A stretch of 64,000 bases of DNA from Hemiscyllium ocellatum (taxonomy: Eukaryota): the NCBI RefSeq assembly GCF_020745735.1, contig NW_026867531.1, positions 1 through 64,000 on the forward strand. Direction: 5' to 3'. The translations under genes and the position numbers were made by a program. A model generated the notes under the pieces. It had not been told where the DNA came from. It ran no database searches and worked only from the letters and a program-made list of their open reading frames with translations. Position 1 is the stretch's first letter. Every line of letters starts with the position of its first letter. This document shows positions 13,151 through 25,354 of the stretch, one piece after another.

Positions 13151-15445
13151 CAAACGGGTTCAAATAAAAGTACAACAGGACTACAAACAGCAGCACTGAA
13201 AACCAATATATGAGGTTCTAAACTTGTGAAGCTACAAAACAGGATGGATTTTGCCTGCAACAAGTGACGGGCAGTACTAAGCGATCACACAACCAAAGAA
13301 ACTCTGTTTTCTCCCCACTGATGCTGCCAGAACTGCTCTATTCCGCCAGTAATTTCTGGTTTTGCATCACATCGAAGTTCTGCAGATTTACGCTCTGGCA
13401 CATTTCGTCATAAAAGATGGTGGACAATTAAACCACTGAGTGAGAAGGCTGCACTCCAACAACCAAATTCTTAGTTATGGGGGAGTCCAGAGTATCAGTG
13501 AAAAAGATAAAGCTGAAGCATTTGCAACAATATTCAACCAAAAACACCAAGACGTTGATCCATTTAAGCCTCCTGCTGAGCTTCCCATGTTCACAGATCC
13601 CAGTCTCCAGCCAATTTAATTCACTCTTTCTGATATTACCGGGTTGCAGGAGGTACTGGACACTGAAAAAGTTGTGGGTCCTGACAACTTCAATATCGTA
13701 AACGTGTTGCGTTCTGAGGCAAAGAGTTCTGCTGCAGCAACAGCACTGGCATGGACTGAGGATCGGAAAACGCTCCCAGGCACGTTTTGCACAGAAAAAT
13801 GAGGGCAACTCTAATCTTGTCAATTAACGCCTCATCTGTCCATACTCTAAAATGGGAATGGGAATGTAGGTGTCATTAACAGGGCTATCAATCAATACCT
13901 GGTCAGCAATAACCTGCTAACTGATGGCCAGTTTGGGTGTCTCAAGGGCCATTGACTACAGCCTTGCTTCAAAGAAGTTGGACTCCAGAGGAGGAGGGAG
14001 AGGAGATCCCCTTAACCTCAAGGCACCATTTGGCCGAGTGTGAAACTGGGAGGCCAAGGAAAAACCACAGTCAGCGAGAATCCAAGGAAAGCTCTCATCT
14101 GTTGGCAGCAATAACTAGTAATAAGGAAGACTGTCGTTATTGTTCATGTCAGTAATTTCACCTTCAGGATATCTGGGCAAGAATTCCTCTGGAAACATCG
14201 TAGGTCTAACCTTCTTCACCTGCTTCATTGATGAACACTCAGAGGCCCATCAATGAGAAATGGTAGTATTGCGTTTAGAGCACTGCTGCTTTCCAAGCAG
14301 TTGATCAGCATTCAATTCCTGGCCATTGCAAGGTTCTAATTTTAAATTGACTACCAAGAGATAGATGAGGGTATGGCACTGAATGTTGTCTATATGGACT
14401 TTAGTAAAGCCTTGACAAGGTCCTACAAAGCAGACTAGTCATGAATGTGAGGACACATGACATGCAGGGAGAGCATGCCAATTAGATTCAAATTTGACTG
14501 AATGTGAGAAAGCAGAGGGTAATTGTTGAAGGCCGTTTCTCGGCTGTTGCCCTGTGGCTAGGGTCGGTTTGCAATCCTCAAGTCCTCTGGTACTAAACTT
14601 GTAGACAATGACGACTCCAATCTCAAAACCAAAGGCTCTGCTATCTCCTCCCTAGCTTCCTGGAGAATCCCCGGATAAATCCCATCCTGCCCAGGTAACT
14701 TGTCTACATTCGCTCCTTCTGGAATCTAAATGAACATTTAGTACCTCTCCGAACACCACAGGCTCCACACTCAACTTCCCACTTCTGTCTTTGACTGGCC
14801 CTGTTCCTAATCTCATCGTCATTTTATTCCTCACATACCAATCATATCACAGTGATGGTGGGTTAGGAAAATCACTGTGAAGCCAGAAGTAGGAAAACAG
14901 GATAAGCCACTGAATTTTTTGGGCTGGTAATGGAAAGCACAGTGGAGGCTAGAAAGCTGCACCAGAATGTACCAGCTAGTCGGAGGTAGGTTAAGGAGGA
15001 AGTCCCAGACCTTCTTAAACCATACACCTGTGAAGGTGAAGTTATTCACGTAGGCCAGGAGCAGAAGGTAAAGAGGTTACAATATTGTGAGACACAACAT
15101 CTTCTGAATCTGTGATCCTGAAACATGAGGAGATATATATCTCTGAAGGAAAATTTCCAGAAAGGGTACTAGTAACAGGAATTCACAGTGAGACAAAAAA
15201 CACTGAACATTGTGAAGTGAGGTGAGACTGTCAAGAAAGAGTGGAGAATTTGTGATAGGAGTACTGGACAAACTCTCAGCTCCAGGAATAAAATTTGTCC
15301 TTGCTAATGATATAACTGATCCACCGATAGTATGGTTGAAAAGCCAGTGGAAACACATGCAACTGAATGTTGCAGAACACAAGTCCTGGATTTTTTTCTC
15401 TGACTGTTTGGTAACGAGGTCATAAAGTCATCAATTTTTTAAAGT

Positions 15446-15739
15446 TAGATCAGATTCCCTACATGGTGGGAACAGGCCCTTCGGCCCAACAAGTCCATAC
15501 CGACCCTCTGAAGAGTAACCGACCCAGACCCATTTCCCTCTGATTAATGCACCTACCACTGGACAATTTAACATGGCCAAATCATCCGAACTGTACATCT
15601 TTGGGAAACCAGAACACCTGAACAAAACTCACGGAGACACAGGGAGAACGTGCGGTACCACAGAGACAGCCACCCAGAGGCTGGAATCGAAACTGGGACC
15701 CTGGTGCTGTGAGGCAGCAGTGCTAGCTACTGAGCCACT
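15446..15739 (-). mobile_element. HE1-type V-SINE (older copy) inserted in the Gypsy
   Basis: tRNA-derived head, V core and CR1-like tail, on the reverse strand. Confidence 0.85.
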
Positions 15740-16141
15740 GTTGAAACAAGAGAGTTCGATCACTACAGATAAGGTAGTTGAAGTGGATTTTGCAGACACC
15801 CTGTTTGATCAGATGTTTAATCAAACCAGGAGTAAATAGATGACAATGCAGACTTCATTAGGTCAGACAAATTAACTGAGTTACAGCAGAAAGATGAAAA
15901 ATTAAAGCAGTTATATCAAAAGGTATACCATGAGAAGGAGTCTGGGAGCATCCCTGAATGCTATTACCACAAAACTCATATCTCAGTGAGGAAATGGAGA
16001 CCATCACAGTCAGGCCGGTGAGAACTGGGCAGATGTTCAAAAAGTTGCATGGGAAGGAGATGCTGTAATTGGGACATGAGCTCCCATTTGGGGGTCATTT
16101 CGAAGTGAGGAAAACACAAGGTAAAATACAAACACACTTTT

Positions 16142-16253
16142 CCTGGTCTGGATTGAACAAAGCTGAAAATGTGTTGCTGGAAAAGTGCAGCAGGTTAGGC
16201 AGCAACCAAGGAACAGGAAATTCGATGTTTCGGGCATAAGCCCTTCATCAGGA
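16142..16253 (-). mobile_element. Penelope pLTR fragment with minimal hammerhead core
   Basis: Minus strand 16251-16224: CTGATGA-A-GGGC-TTAT-GCCC-GAAA-CATC. Confidence 0.8.
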
Positions 16254-16384
16254 TTGAACAAAGACGCGGTTGAGTTTTGCCAGATGTATAATACATGTCA
16301 GGTAATTGTAAAACCACAGGCAGTAATAAAACCTGCAACTTCCTAATTTGTGGAACCGTTTACAAGAGTCTTAATTGATTGATT

Positions 16385-16549
16385 AGGTCCAAAGACGTGC
16401 GGGTCAGGTGAATTGGCCATGCTAAATTGCCCACAGTGTTAGGTAGCCCGCCCATGTAGGGGTATGGGTGGGTTGCGCTTCGGCGGGTCGGTGTGGATTT
16501 GTTGGGCCGAAGGGCCTGTTTCCACACTGTAAGTAATCTAATCTAATCT
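16385..16549 (+). mobile_element. 5'-truncated HE1 SINE
   Basis: 3' half, ending in gtttccacactgtaagtaatctaatctaatc. Confidence 0.85.
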
Positions 16550-17334
16550 AAACTCCCTCAAACAACAAATGTGGAATCAGTATTTGTTAACAATAATGGA
16601 TGTGTGGACTAGATTTCGAGAGGCCATTCCATTATGAAATACCACAGCTAAAAGGATTGGTAGACAGATTATTCAAACGTTTCACAAGATATGAACTACC
16701 AACAAAGATACAATCAGATCAAGGGTGAAATATCACAGCCAAATTATTCAAGGATGTTATAGACAGCTTGGAATAAAACACATCAAATGCAGAACTGCAG
16801 GGAGTGTTTCAAAGGTGACATCAGACATTAAAGATCATGTTGATGGCTTATAGTCAAAACTATCCAGATGATTGGGATAAGGGAATTTCGATTGTGCTTT
16901 TTGCGATCAGAGATGCACGAAATGAATCAACCAAATTCAGTCCATTGAATTAGTTTGGGGGCATGAAGTGAGAAGACCATGAAAGTTGAATAAGGAGAAA
17001 CTACTAAGTCAGAAAGCAGAGATGACATGTTTAGACTATGTGTCAAATTTGAAGAACAATTAAATAGAGCTGCGGAGTTGAGTAGACAGCATTTAATATA
17101 TCACAGTATAAAATAAACAGGAAGCAGACAAGAAATTTTAAAAATCGCAAATTTGCTACCTGTTTTAGTATTACTTCCAGTGATAGGTGAACTTTTTAAA
17201 AGCAAGGTTTAGTGGAAGTCAAACAGAGATTGAGTGAAGTTAACTATTTGATAAGGACTCAGTACAGAAAGAAATCTCACAGAGGTTGTCATGCAAATGT
17301 GCTCAAAAGGTGTTTTGACAGGGAAGGAAAACAT

Positions 17335-17764
17335 ATGATTGATGACATACTTGACCGAGGTAAAAGTTATCTTTGCTCTCAGCCTTTCGATTTAGTATTA
17401 GGAATACCTTGTATTAGGAAAATGCTGCTGGAGATAAAGACTGAGGCTGTGTAATTGTGAAGTGATGAGCTATAAGGAGTATATCACAGGTTCGTTGGTG
17501 GGAGTGCTTTTCCACCTCGGTAGCTTCTCTTTCCCTGAGCAACAGGGTGATAGTTAGCACTGTGCTTATTTTTATCTTGAATTTTTGTACAGTGTGGAAT
17601 GTAAGCAAAGTTGTTTGTACATTGTAGAATTATAGGCTGACTGTTCAGCTCAAGATGGCGATGTTGGACAGTGGAGACTGTGCAGGAGCCGCTCCATGAA
17701 TTCATGAAAAATAAAGCCTCTGGAAACAAGACTCAAATTCTCAGCACAAGTAACTTCCTTGACA
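17335..17764 (+). repeat. ERV 5' LTR (5' edge uncertain, 17306-17340)
   Basis: Colinear with 22150-22588. AATAAA at 17710, 49 nt before the terminal CA. Confidence 0.88.
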
Positions 17765-17769
17765 GAATC

Positions 17770-17788
17770 TGGCATTGTCAGGCAGGTT
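17770..17788 (+). promoter_or_regulatory. ERV primer-binding site, tRNA-Ser-like
   Basis: TGGCATTGTCAGGCAGGTT 5 nt after the LTR CA. It resembles the complement of the vertebrate tRNA-Ser 3' end (TGGCGTAGTCGGCAGGAT). Confidence 0.65.
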
Positions 17789-20649
17789 CCCAATTATTAT
17801 GGGATCAGGACAAAAGCCAAAGTAAAGGAGGAAGTAGTGGAAATAGTGGGCGGGCAGTCCGAGCTGTCGGGGGTGATCCCCTCACGGAGGTGTAGTATAG
17901 AGATCATCTGGCACCTGACAGGTGAATCCGGCTGGGCCAACACGACTGAATTGTTGGGGCAAGATCGTGGAGAAGACTAAACTTACCAAAGCAGTGAGAG
18001 AGATTAAGAACTGGTAGCTATCCAAATGAAATTGGCTCGAGACTGCAAATTTTGTTGGTGGAAGAGAAATACCGGTGAGGGTTTACAGTAGATTAGTGCA
18101 AGCGGGCGTGTAACCGTTTGTTTCCTCTTTTCCTTTCTTGAGGGGGCGATGTCTCTCTGAAGGTTACAGAAATGGGAAAGCGATCCAGCAGTTCGTGCCT
18201 CTCCGCAAATGCAGATGTAAGGCTCCCAGAAAAGGTCCAAAGATGGAAACGTGAACAAAACAAAGACATTGAAAGGTGATAAGATCCCTGCAAGAGGTAG
18301 GAGATCCCATCGTTCCACTGGGATTACCGGCGCAGACGGTGCTCTGTGAAACACGAGGTTCTGGGTAGGTCACTCCTGTTTGAGTGATCTGCATGGATGG
18401 GATTGTGCGTCTGTTTCCCATTACACTTCAGCCTCATTCTACTGTTTGCAGGCCTGAGCAGCTGTGAGCGTTTGAGGAACTCCGGACTACCCTGCCACAG
18501 GCCCCAGTCTTGGTCTTAACCGATTATCATAAGCCTTCCATCCCATATGTTAATGACTGAGAGGGTTTTGCCAGCAGAGTCCTTGTGATCTGAAGCACCC
18601 AGAGGCCTGTTCCTCCTCCCAGTTGCCTCCAGAGGTCTGTGACCAGCCAGCCTGCCTCCATGCTGTCACTGCTACCATGACCCCGCTGGAAAAGGAAAAC
18701 CCCAGTGATCAGGATTCTTTTTCAATCCCAGCCAGAAAATGGGGATTGGGTAGAGGAACCCGGGGTCAGGGAATATCCCCCGGGATGAGTGGCTCCAAAA
18801 CCGAACTATGCAGGTCATCTCAAATGGGACCATTTTACTGTGATCTCCCCTCAGGCTGCTTTGCCCCTTTCTCAAGTTGGTTGCTCCTCAGCATTTCCCA
18901 GCAGCCCCTTGGACTGTGTATGTGGCCATTCTGTTGTCCACGCTGAATCTATCATTCCGTCGTCCCCTTCAATGAATTCTGTTACGCTCCATCCTACTTC
19001 CCCTGACTTGGACACCTACTTTCATGTTTGCCCACAGGTGGCAGACTCTGTGACCTCGCCTTTCCCTGACTTATCCTCCACGTCCCTTAACAATCCTGGC
19101 CTTGCTCTGGTCATGATGGCTCGCCCACGTGTCCCTCTGATGATTGCTCCTTTGCTGTTTTACCGGCGTTACGCCCTTTGAATTGCTACAGGCATGCTCT
19201 CTCCTGTCTGGGATCTCAGCTGGGTTTGCTGATTTCTTGCCATTACCCGTGCATGTGTCCTTGTCATGGGAAAATCCGTTACATTGATTCTTTAGGGTGG
19301 CCCATGACTTTGGTACACTCTGGGAAAACCGTGAGTTTGTTACCACATTCTGTAAACCTATTCGACATGTGACTCTGATCAACAACCGATTGCAGACAGT
19401 GCTTTACCCTGCACAGGTCGCAGGGGTCAAATGTGAAGTGCATAATATCCCGAGGGATGAGCTCCCCACAGTCACGCTGCTGGAGATGCTGCCGCCCCAT
19501 GTGGCACTGTCATGGTCCCCTCTTTCGTTCAGATACAGGTTCCCTCCACCATCGATCTTCAAGCAGCTCTTCAGGTCAAGAACAAAGCTGCAGAGGTAGA
19601 GTGTGATTTCTGGGCTGGTGCTGGATGCTCCCCTGCCGTCTCTGGTCTTTGGCAGCATCCTGATGACGGGTGGTCTGTCCGTGTGCTCTCCTCCATGCCC
19701 TTGCCTAGCGACATCACACTGCCTAACAATGGTTTGCTCCCGGTATGTCTCCTGTCTTCAAACAAAAAGCTGAAATCTGTCTTATTTGTCAAAGTACACT
19801 CAAAGAAGAGAATCTGCATATTTTGATCATCTACCTATCCAGGAAGAGCCATTTCGGAACTTGCAGGTTCACTTCGTCCCTGTGGCCCCCTCAGGAGGGT
19901 TTAAATACATACTGGTCACAGTAGAAACATTCTCTAGATGGATACAGGCATTTTACACGAGAAGAGATGCCCGATCAGTTATAAAATATCTTATGAAAGA
20001 TATAATCCCCTGACTTGGAATACAAGGACAAATGAATAGTGACAGTGGTACTCACTTTACGGGGAAAATAATAACAGCACTGTGTGCAGTACTGGGATTT
20101 GTGTGGTTGTTTCATATCCCCTATACACTCCAATCCCCGAGAACAGTGGGATGAACTAAAGGGATGCTAAAAATTACCCTAGCAAAGACTTGACACAAAA
20201 TTGAACTAAAGTGATGAGAAACCTTGCACACTGTGCATCCTCTGAAACCAGGTTAATAGATCCGCTGGTCTAACCCCGGTGGAATCTCTTATGCGAAGAA
20301 TCATGACTACTGGTATCTGACCCCCTCTGTCCACATCGGAAATAGCCCTGACGTGGGTTGATAAGAAATCCCTACAATACGTCTAAACCCTGAGTGAAGC
20401 AGCCTAGGCCAATCATACAAAGGTAATAGAGGGCATGCCAAAACCCCATGGGTCTCACACACACGCCCTTTAGGCCTGGCGATTTAGTGAATGTTAAGTC
20501 TCTGAACAAAGGCTCCCTTTCTCCCCGATTCAAGGGACCGTATCAAGTGTTACTGATAACCCAAACTGTTGATGAATTGGGAGGATGTTAGGAGTGGGTG
20601 CACACGACCAACTGTAAACTACATACGCCCACCAACTCGGCAGCTACTG

Positions 20650-22060
20650 AAGTGAATGATGAGAACCCTGTGGATGCACTCCTCAGACTGTAAACGACTG
20701 AAACTAGAAATGTATGGCCATAAGGTGGGCGTGCCAAAGCAAAACCATTTTCTTCACAAGACATGGACTGTATCGACTGACACCTATGTGAGACCTAGTC
20801 AGTGTTCTTTCATTATTCCCCTGATTTAAATTATCCCAAATTTGACAAGCCAATGTCAGTTTTCGTTGAATTGTTCTCATGTCCTTAATAAGATATCAGG
20901 TTCCCTGTGGAAAGAACTGGTTCCCAAATTGTGGAGAGGTGGAGATTCCAGATTAACCGCCTACAACGCTACTTATTGTATATGCGGTTTTAATGCCTAT
21001 CCTTTTCTTCCCTTCGATTGGAGAGGGTCGAGTCCTACGAGATATGCATGTAGTACCTCGCATTATAGTCTTGGATGATTTAACTTCACCACTGAAGCCG
21101 AAGAGATCCCTCACCGGATTATTCACCTGGGTTGGGATGTTTACACCTTCTATTGTAATCTATCTGCATTCCCAAGAATTGAGCAACTTGAAAACAGTAT
21201 TGGAAATTGTCGTCAATGACACTGAGGCCCTTACTGAGATCAATGTTGAGATCATTGCAGTCAGAACAGTGGCCCTTCAGAACCACTTGGCTTTAGATTG
21301 TCTATTATCCAAAATGAGTGTGGCACTTGTGCTGTTATTGGGCGGGAATGCTGTACCTACATGCCAGACAATTCTAAAAAAATGTCTCCGTTTGTCTGTC
21401 CCTCTCCTGTGGTTATTTCTGAGCCCGGGTGTCCCTGGAGAAGGAATATGCGATGTCTCCCAACGCCCTCGAGCTCTTCAGGGAGAGGTGGGCACCACAG
21501 GGTTTGGTGTGTTTTATTTCCTTCTCCAACTCTACTGCATTGTAATCCCTGCCTCCCCTCCTCCTTTTTTGATCATGAAGCATTACCCTTTGAAGTGAAT
21601 GGCACTGTTTATCACTGGCCAACCTGGTGTTTACTTTCTTCCTGGTAGTGGAAATTGAATCATGATATGTACTCCTGTTGTCTTTCACTGTGTCTCACAC
21701 CTACACACACACAACATGGATGCTGGGGAAAATATAAGCACTACCCCAGTTAGGCGGTAGTGTTGGGGCAAGAAGAAAAAAAGGAAGAAAATGTCTCTGA
21801 TTTGGTGACTCACCTTCACATGGCATTCGAGAAATTGCTCTCCCTTTTTGATTCCTGGTGGTCCTTGGACATTGCCTGGCTGGGTAAGTGGGAATCCTCC
21901 CTAAACATTGGGCGCAATCCCTTTACTATCATTCTCACGATACTTTGTATCATATTGAGAATTACAGGCTGTTGTGCGCAGTTCATTCCTACCACATGCT
22001 GCTCAAAAATAGAAGGAATCAACTACCGGAAAATACCCCATGATGACCCCGACAATTAAC
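20650..22060 (+). pseudogene. env: ERV env (gamma-type SU C-terminus and TM), frameshifted and interrupted
   Basis: NATYCICGFNAYPFLPFDWRG, KPKR|SLTGLF, ISD LQNHLALDCLL, CAVIGRECC, and a hydrophobic anchor IILTILCIILRITGCC. Confidence 0.88.
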
Positions 22061-22149
22061 AAGCGTGGATGATGCCTGTTCCATCCTCTTTTGGATGCGC
22101 CTGTTCCATAAACTCAAGCGTTGATCTAGAAAATCAACAAGGAGGGAAT

Positions 22150-22588
22150 TGTGGAAGTAGTAAATGTTTGGCCTACTGCTGTATGATGGGATACTTGACC
22201 AAAATTAAGATATATTGGCTTTCAGCCCCTCGCTTGACTGAGAAAATGCTGCAGGACATAAAGACTGGGGCCGTGTAATTATAATTTGATGAAATATAGG
22301 GAGTATGTCACAGGCTCAGAGTTGGACTTCTTCTTGAGCTCATTAGCTTCTCCCTCCTTGAGCAACAAGGTGATAGCTGGCACTGTGTTTATCTTAAGGT
22401 TGAATTCATGTTAAGTGTGGAATGTAAGCAAAGTCGCTTGTATCATTGTGGAACTGTAGACTGACTCTTCAGCTCGAGAGAATGCTGTGTGACAGAGGAG
22501 ACTATGTGACAGCATTACTGTCAATTCATGAACAATAAAGCTTCTTGAAACAAGACTCAAAGTCTCAGACTGAGTAATTTCCTCAACA
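22150..22588 (+). repeat. ERV 3' LTR
   Basis: Begins TG right after the purine tract aacaaggagggaat. AATAAA at 22534, ends CA at 22588. Confidence 0.92.
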
Positions 22589-22929
22589 ATAGCGTCAGAG
22601 GATGAGTCTGGGAAGGATGCTTCTTGTCCAGTTCTGGAATCAAACAGGGTGACCCACTGCTGCCTTTTGTGTTTATTGTTGCACCAGAGGGGAATGAACA
22701 ACTTTTGTAACTCATGCAAGTGTTTCTGATATATTACACATTGGCTATCTATTTCCAACTTTTTTACTAAGATTCCTCAATCCAACATTACCAACAATCC
22801 AACATCAACCCTTTTGGTGTTCTCATTCTCAATTTCAATAAACATTTCTAGCATTTTGTGGTCACTTCCACCCAATACAATAAGCTTTCTAATTAATACA
22901 TTATCATTGCCCAACTATCAATCAGAAAA

Positions 22930-23830
22930 TGGCTTTTTCTCAAGTTTCTCCTTCTATGAGTTGGTCTGAAACAACATCATGTGTAGACTTCAACAAATTG
23001 TCCACTGCAGCATTATTGCTAGTTTGGCTTGTCCAACCGATATGTAGGTTAAAGTCTGCCATGTCCCCGCTAAATGCCTCCCCGTCGGTCCCCAGCGTTG
23101 TTTTGAGTTTAGAGACAAATACTACCTTCATTTACTGGTTCTCACATTTCCTACCCCCACCTGTACAGGTTCAATTGGCAGTTAGAACAGGAAATGCAAT
23201 GTTGGCATTCATTTCAAGGGGTCGAGAATAAAAAGAACAGGGCTGTCCTGCTGAAACTGAATTTGGCTGTGATCAGGCTGCATCTGATGTATTGTGAGCA
23301 GTTGTGGGCCCCAAATCTAAGTAGAGATGTTTAGCGTTGAAGGGGAATCTGAAGTTCACAAGAAAGATCCCAAGGATAATGTGCTTGTCGTAAGAGGAGC
23401 AGTTGAAGGGTCTTTTTCTGTCGTCAATGGAATTTAGAAGCATGAGAGGGGATCTGATTGAAACCTACGGAATACGAAGAAACCTGTAGACAGCGTACAT
23501 GAAGAAGATGTTTCCACTGGCAGGGCAGACTCGGATGCAAGAGCACGGCCTCAGAGTGAATCGACGATCCAATCAAAATGAGATGAGGAGGAATTTCTTC
23601 AGCCACGGTGTGGTGAAACTATGGAACACATTGTGGCAGAGGGCTTTGAACATCAATTCATTGTGTGTATTTAAGAAGGATATCATTATGTTCTTGATGA
23701 GTAAGTGAATCAACGTTTCAGTGGTGCCAGAAAGAGAATGGGGTTGAGAAACATGCCAGCCATAATGGAATGGTGGGGCAGACTCAATGGGCTGAATAGC
23801 CTGATCCCGCTCCAATATCTCCTGGTTTTA
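22930..23830. mobile_element. CR1 fragments (EN piece on minus, 3' end on plus)
   Basis: ADFNLHIGW (EN) on minus. AMLAFISRG and GVVKLWNTL plus a CR1 3' UTR on plus. Confidence 0.7.
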
Positions 23831-25354
23831 ACTCTGAAAGGTTCCAGGAAGCAGAGGTGGATAAAAAGGAGAGGAGAGAGGGAGGCTGCAAGGATAGAAA
23901 TGTGAGATTTCAAGCGAGAGAAGAGTGAAGGAGGGAGCTCCAGGTGGACTTTGGGAGAAAGGTATTTGATGGAGAAGAGGAGCAACTGGAAATCAGTGGG
24001 ATGTAAATTTCTTGCAGTTTTGTTTGTAAGGCTGCATTTGTTCCTGAGGTACAATATGGGGCGAGGCAAAGGAATGCCTGTGGTTTTTTTTGATAACCAC
24101 TGTATCCATTATTCAGTTTCAAACGGAGTTTTGAGACCTGAGATGTGGGAACAAATGTGGAACTGCCGGGTTTATACCTTCGAGGTATGCAATGGAAATG
24201 CATCCATTCTGTAGAAAACATGTCCAGCAAAATAGCTTTCTGTGAGGAGAAGGATGTTGGACCTTTTAAAGAAAGTATAATGAATCGCTGCCTTCTTTTT
24301 TCTGTGTCCTTGTATTAGTTCAATGCTCTGAGATGTTAGAGGAAATATTTTAAGTGTGCGTTTTGATCTTGGGTTATTGTAATTCAGGATATTGATGTTT
24401 TCTTCCAGAGGTCCAGTGTTTCAGTGTCATCAAATGCAATCCGTGAGCTTCCAACAGGAAGTGCACCACTTCACCCAAACATGATTGAGGATCCCGGGAA
24501 AAACAAACTGTATCACTCCACAAAGAGTGAGGCCTGGCAGGGCAGGTTTTGACCCGGAAGGCGAGAATTCTGAAACACAACATTCTTGTAGATCCAGAAA
24601 GTGTTTCTGCTGATTTGCTTTTTCATTCACAGATTTTGTACTTCATGTGGCTGGCATTATTTTCTTCCTGACTGACTTTGATTTCACGTTTGAAGCCCTC
24701 TGACAGGTTCGATTAAATACCGCACAACAGTAGGAGCATGTCTCCTTAGAAAGGTGCAGATCGTATTCTGTTCAGAAGTATCCAACGTTTCAACATTTTT
24801 CCATCGACCAGCTCCCGAAGCATCATAAATATGCCAATCAACAAGGGGTCTCCTCTTCACACATGCTCATCATCTGAATGAGCACTCGGAGTAACTCAGG
24901 TTTCAGATTTTCAATCTCTTGCCCGAGTCCTGCATTCTACTATCAGGACGCCGCTGTATTCTCGACCTATGCTGTCAGTAATGAGGTCAGTCAACTGGAA
25001 TCAGACAATATAAGCTCTCTGACTGCGGCTAATAATCTGATTCAATCAGGAAGACCTGGCTCTCATAAATAGCTGAATGTCAGGGATATTGAGATACTCA
25101 ATGCCAGACTCAGTAAGAGGCTACTGTCAAAGGCTAAGCATTTGTGATTAACTGGGTAATTGGTGAGGTGCTCCCAGTTTCTGAAGTTATTTCATGACCA
25201 AACCTTGTTAATGGCAAAGCAACCCAGGACCTCTGAGTCTTCACTTTCTGCACTTGCTCGTTCTCGCCTCTAACTCCCATCAAAATGCACCGCCCCCCCC
25301 CCCCCCCCCCCACCCTCCAAAATGCTCTGAAGCGGTTCAGTGTCCTTCTTGAGA

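Larger units (their letters stand above)
14850..17335 (+). mobile_element. Degenerate Gmr1-type Ty3/Gypsy retrotransposon (protease followed directly by integrase)
   Basis: VTIL*DT protease motif and VIGVLDKL..PGIKFVLAND. Then integrase RKWRP, GHE.P.GGHF, EPFTRVLID, QYLLTIMD..TRF.EAIP, IQSDQG and the C-terminal VNYLIRT…CHANVLK, with no RT in between. Confidence 0.82.
17335..22588 (+). mobile_element. Endogenous retrovirus (class I, gamma/epsilon-like), internally deleted provirus
   Basis: Two LTRs, PBS and PPT. Pol remnants: QAPVLVLTDY, PACLHAV, RNase H WENREFVTT…VKCEVH, integrase PFRNLQVHF…FSRWIQAF…SDSGTHF…KGPYQVL. Env with KPKR furin site, LQNHLALDCLL and CX6CC. Confidence 0.92.
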
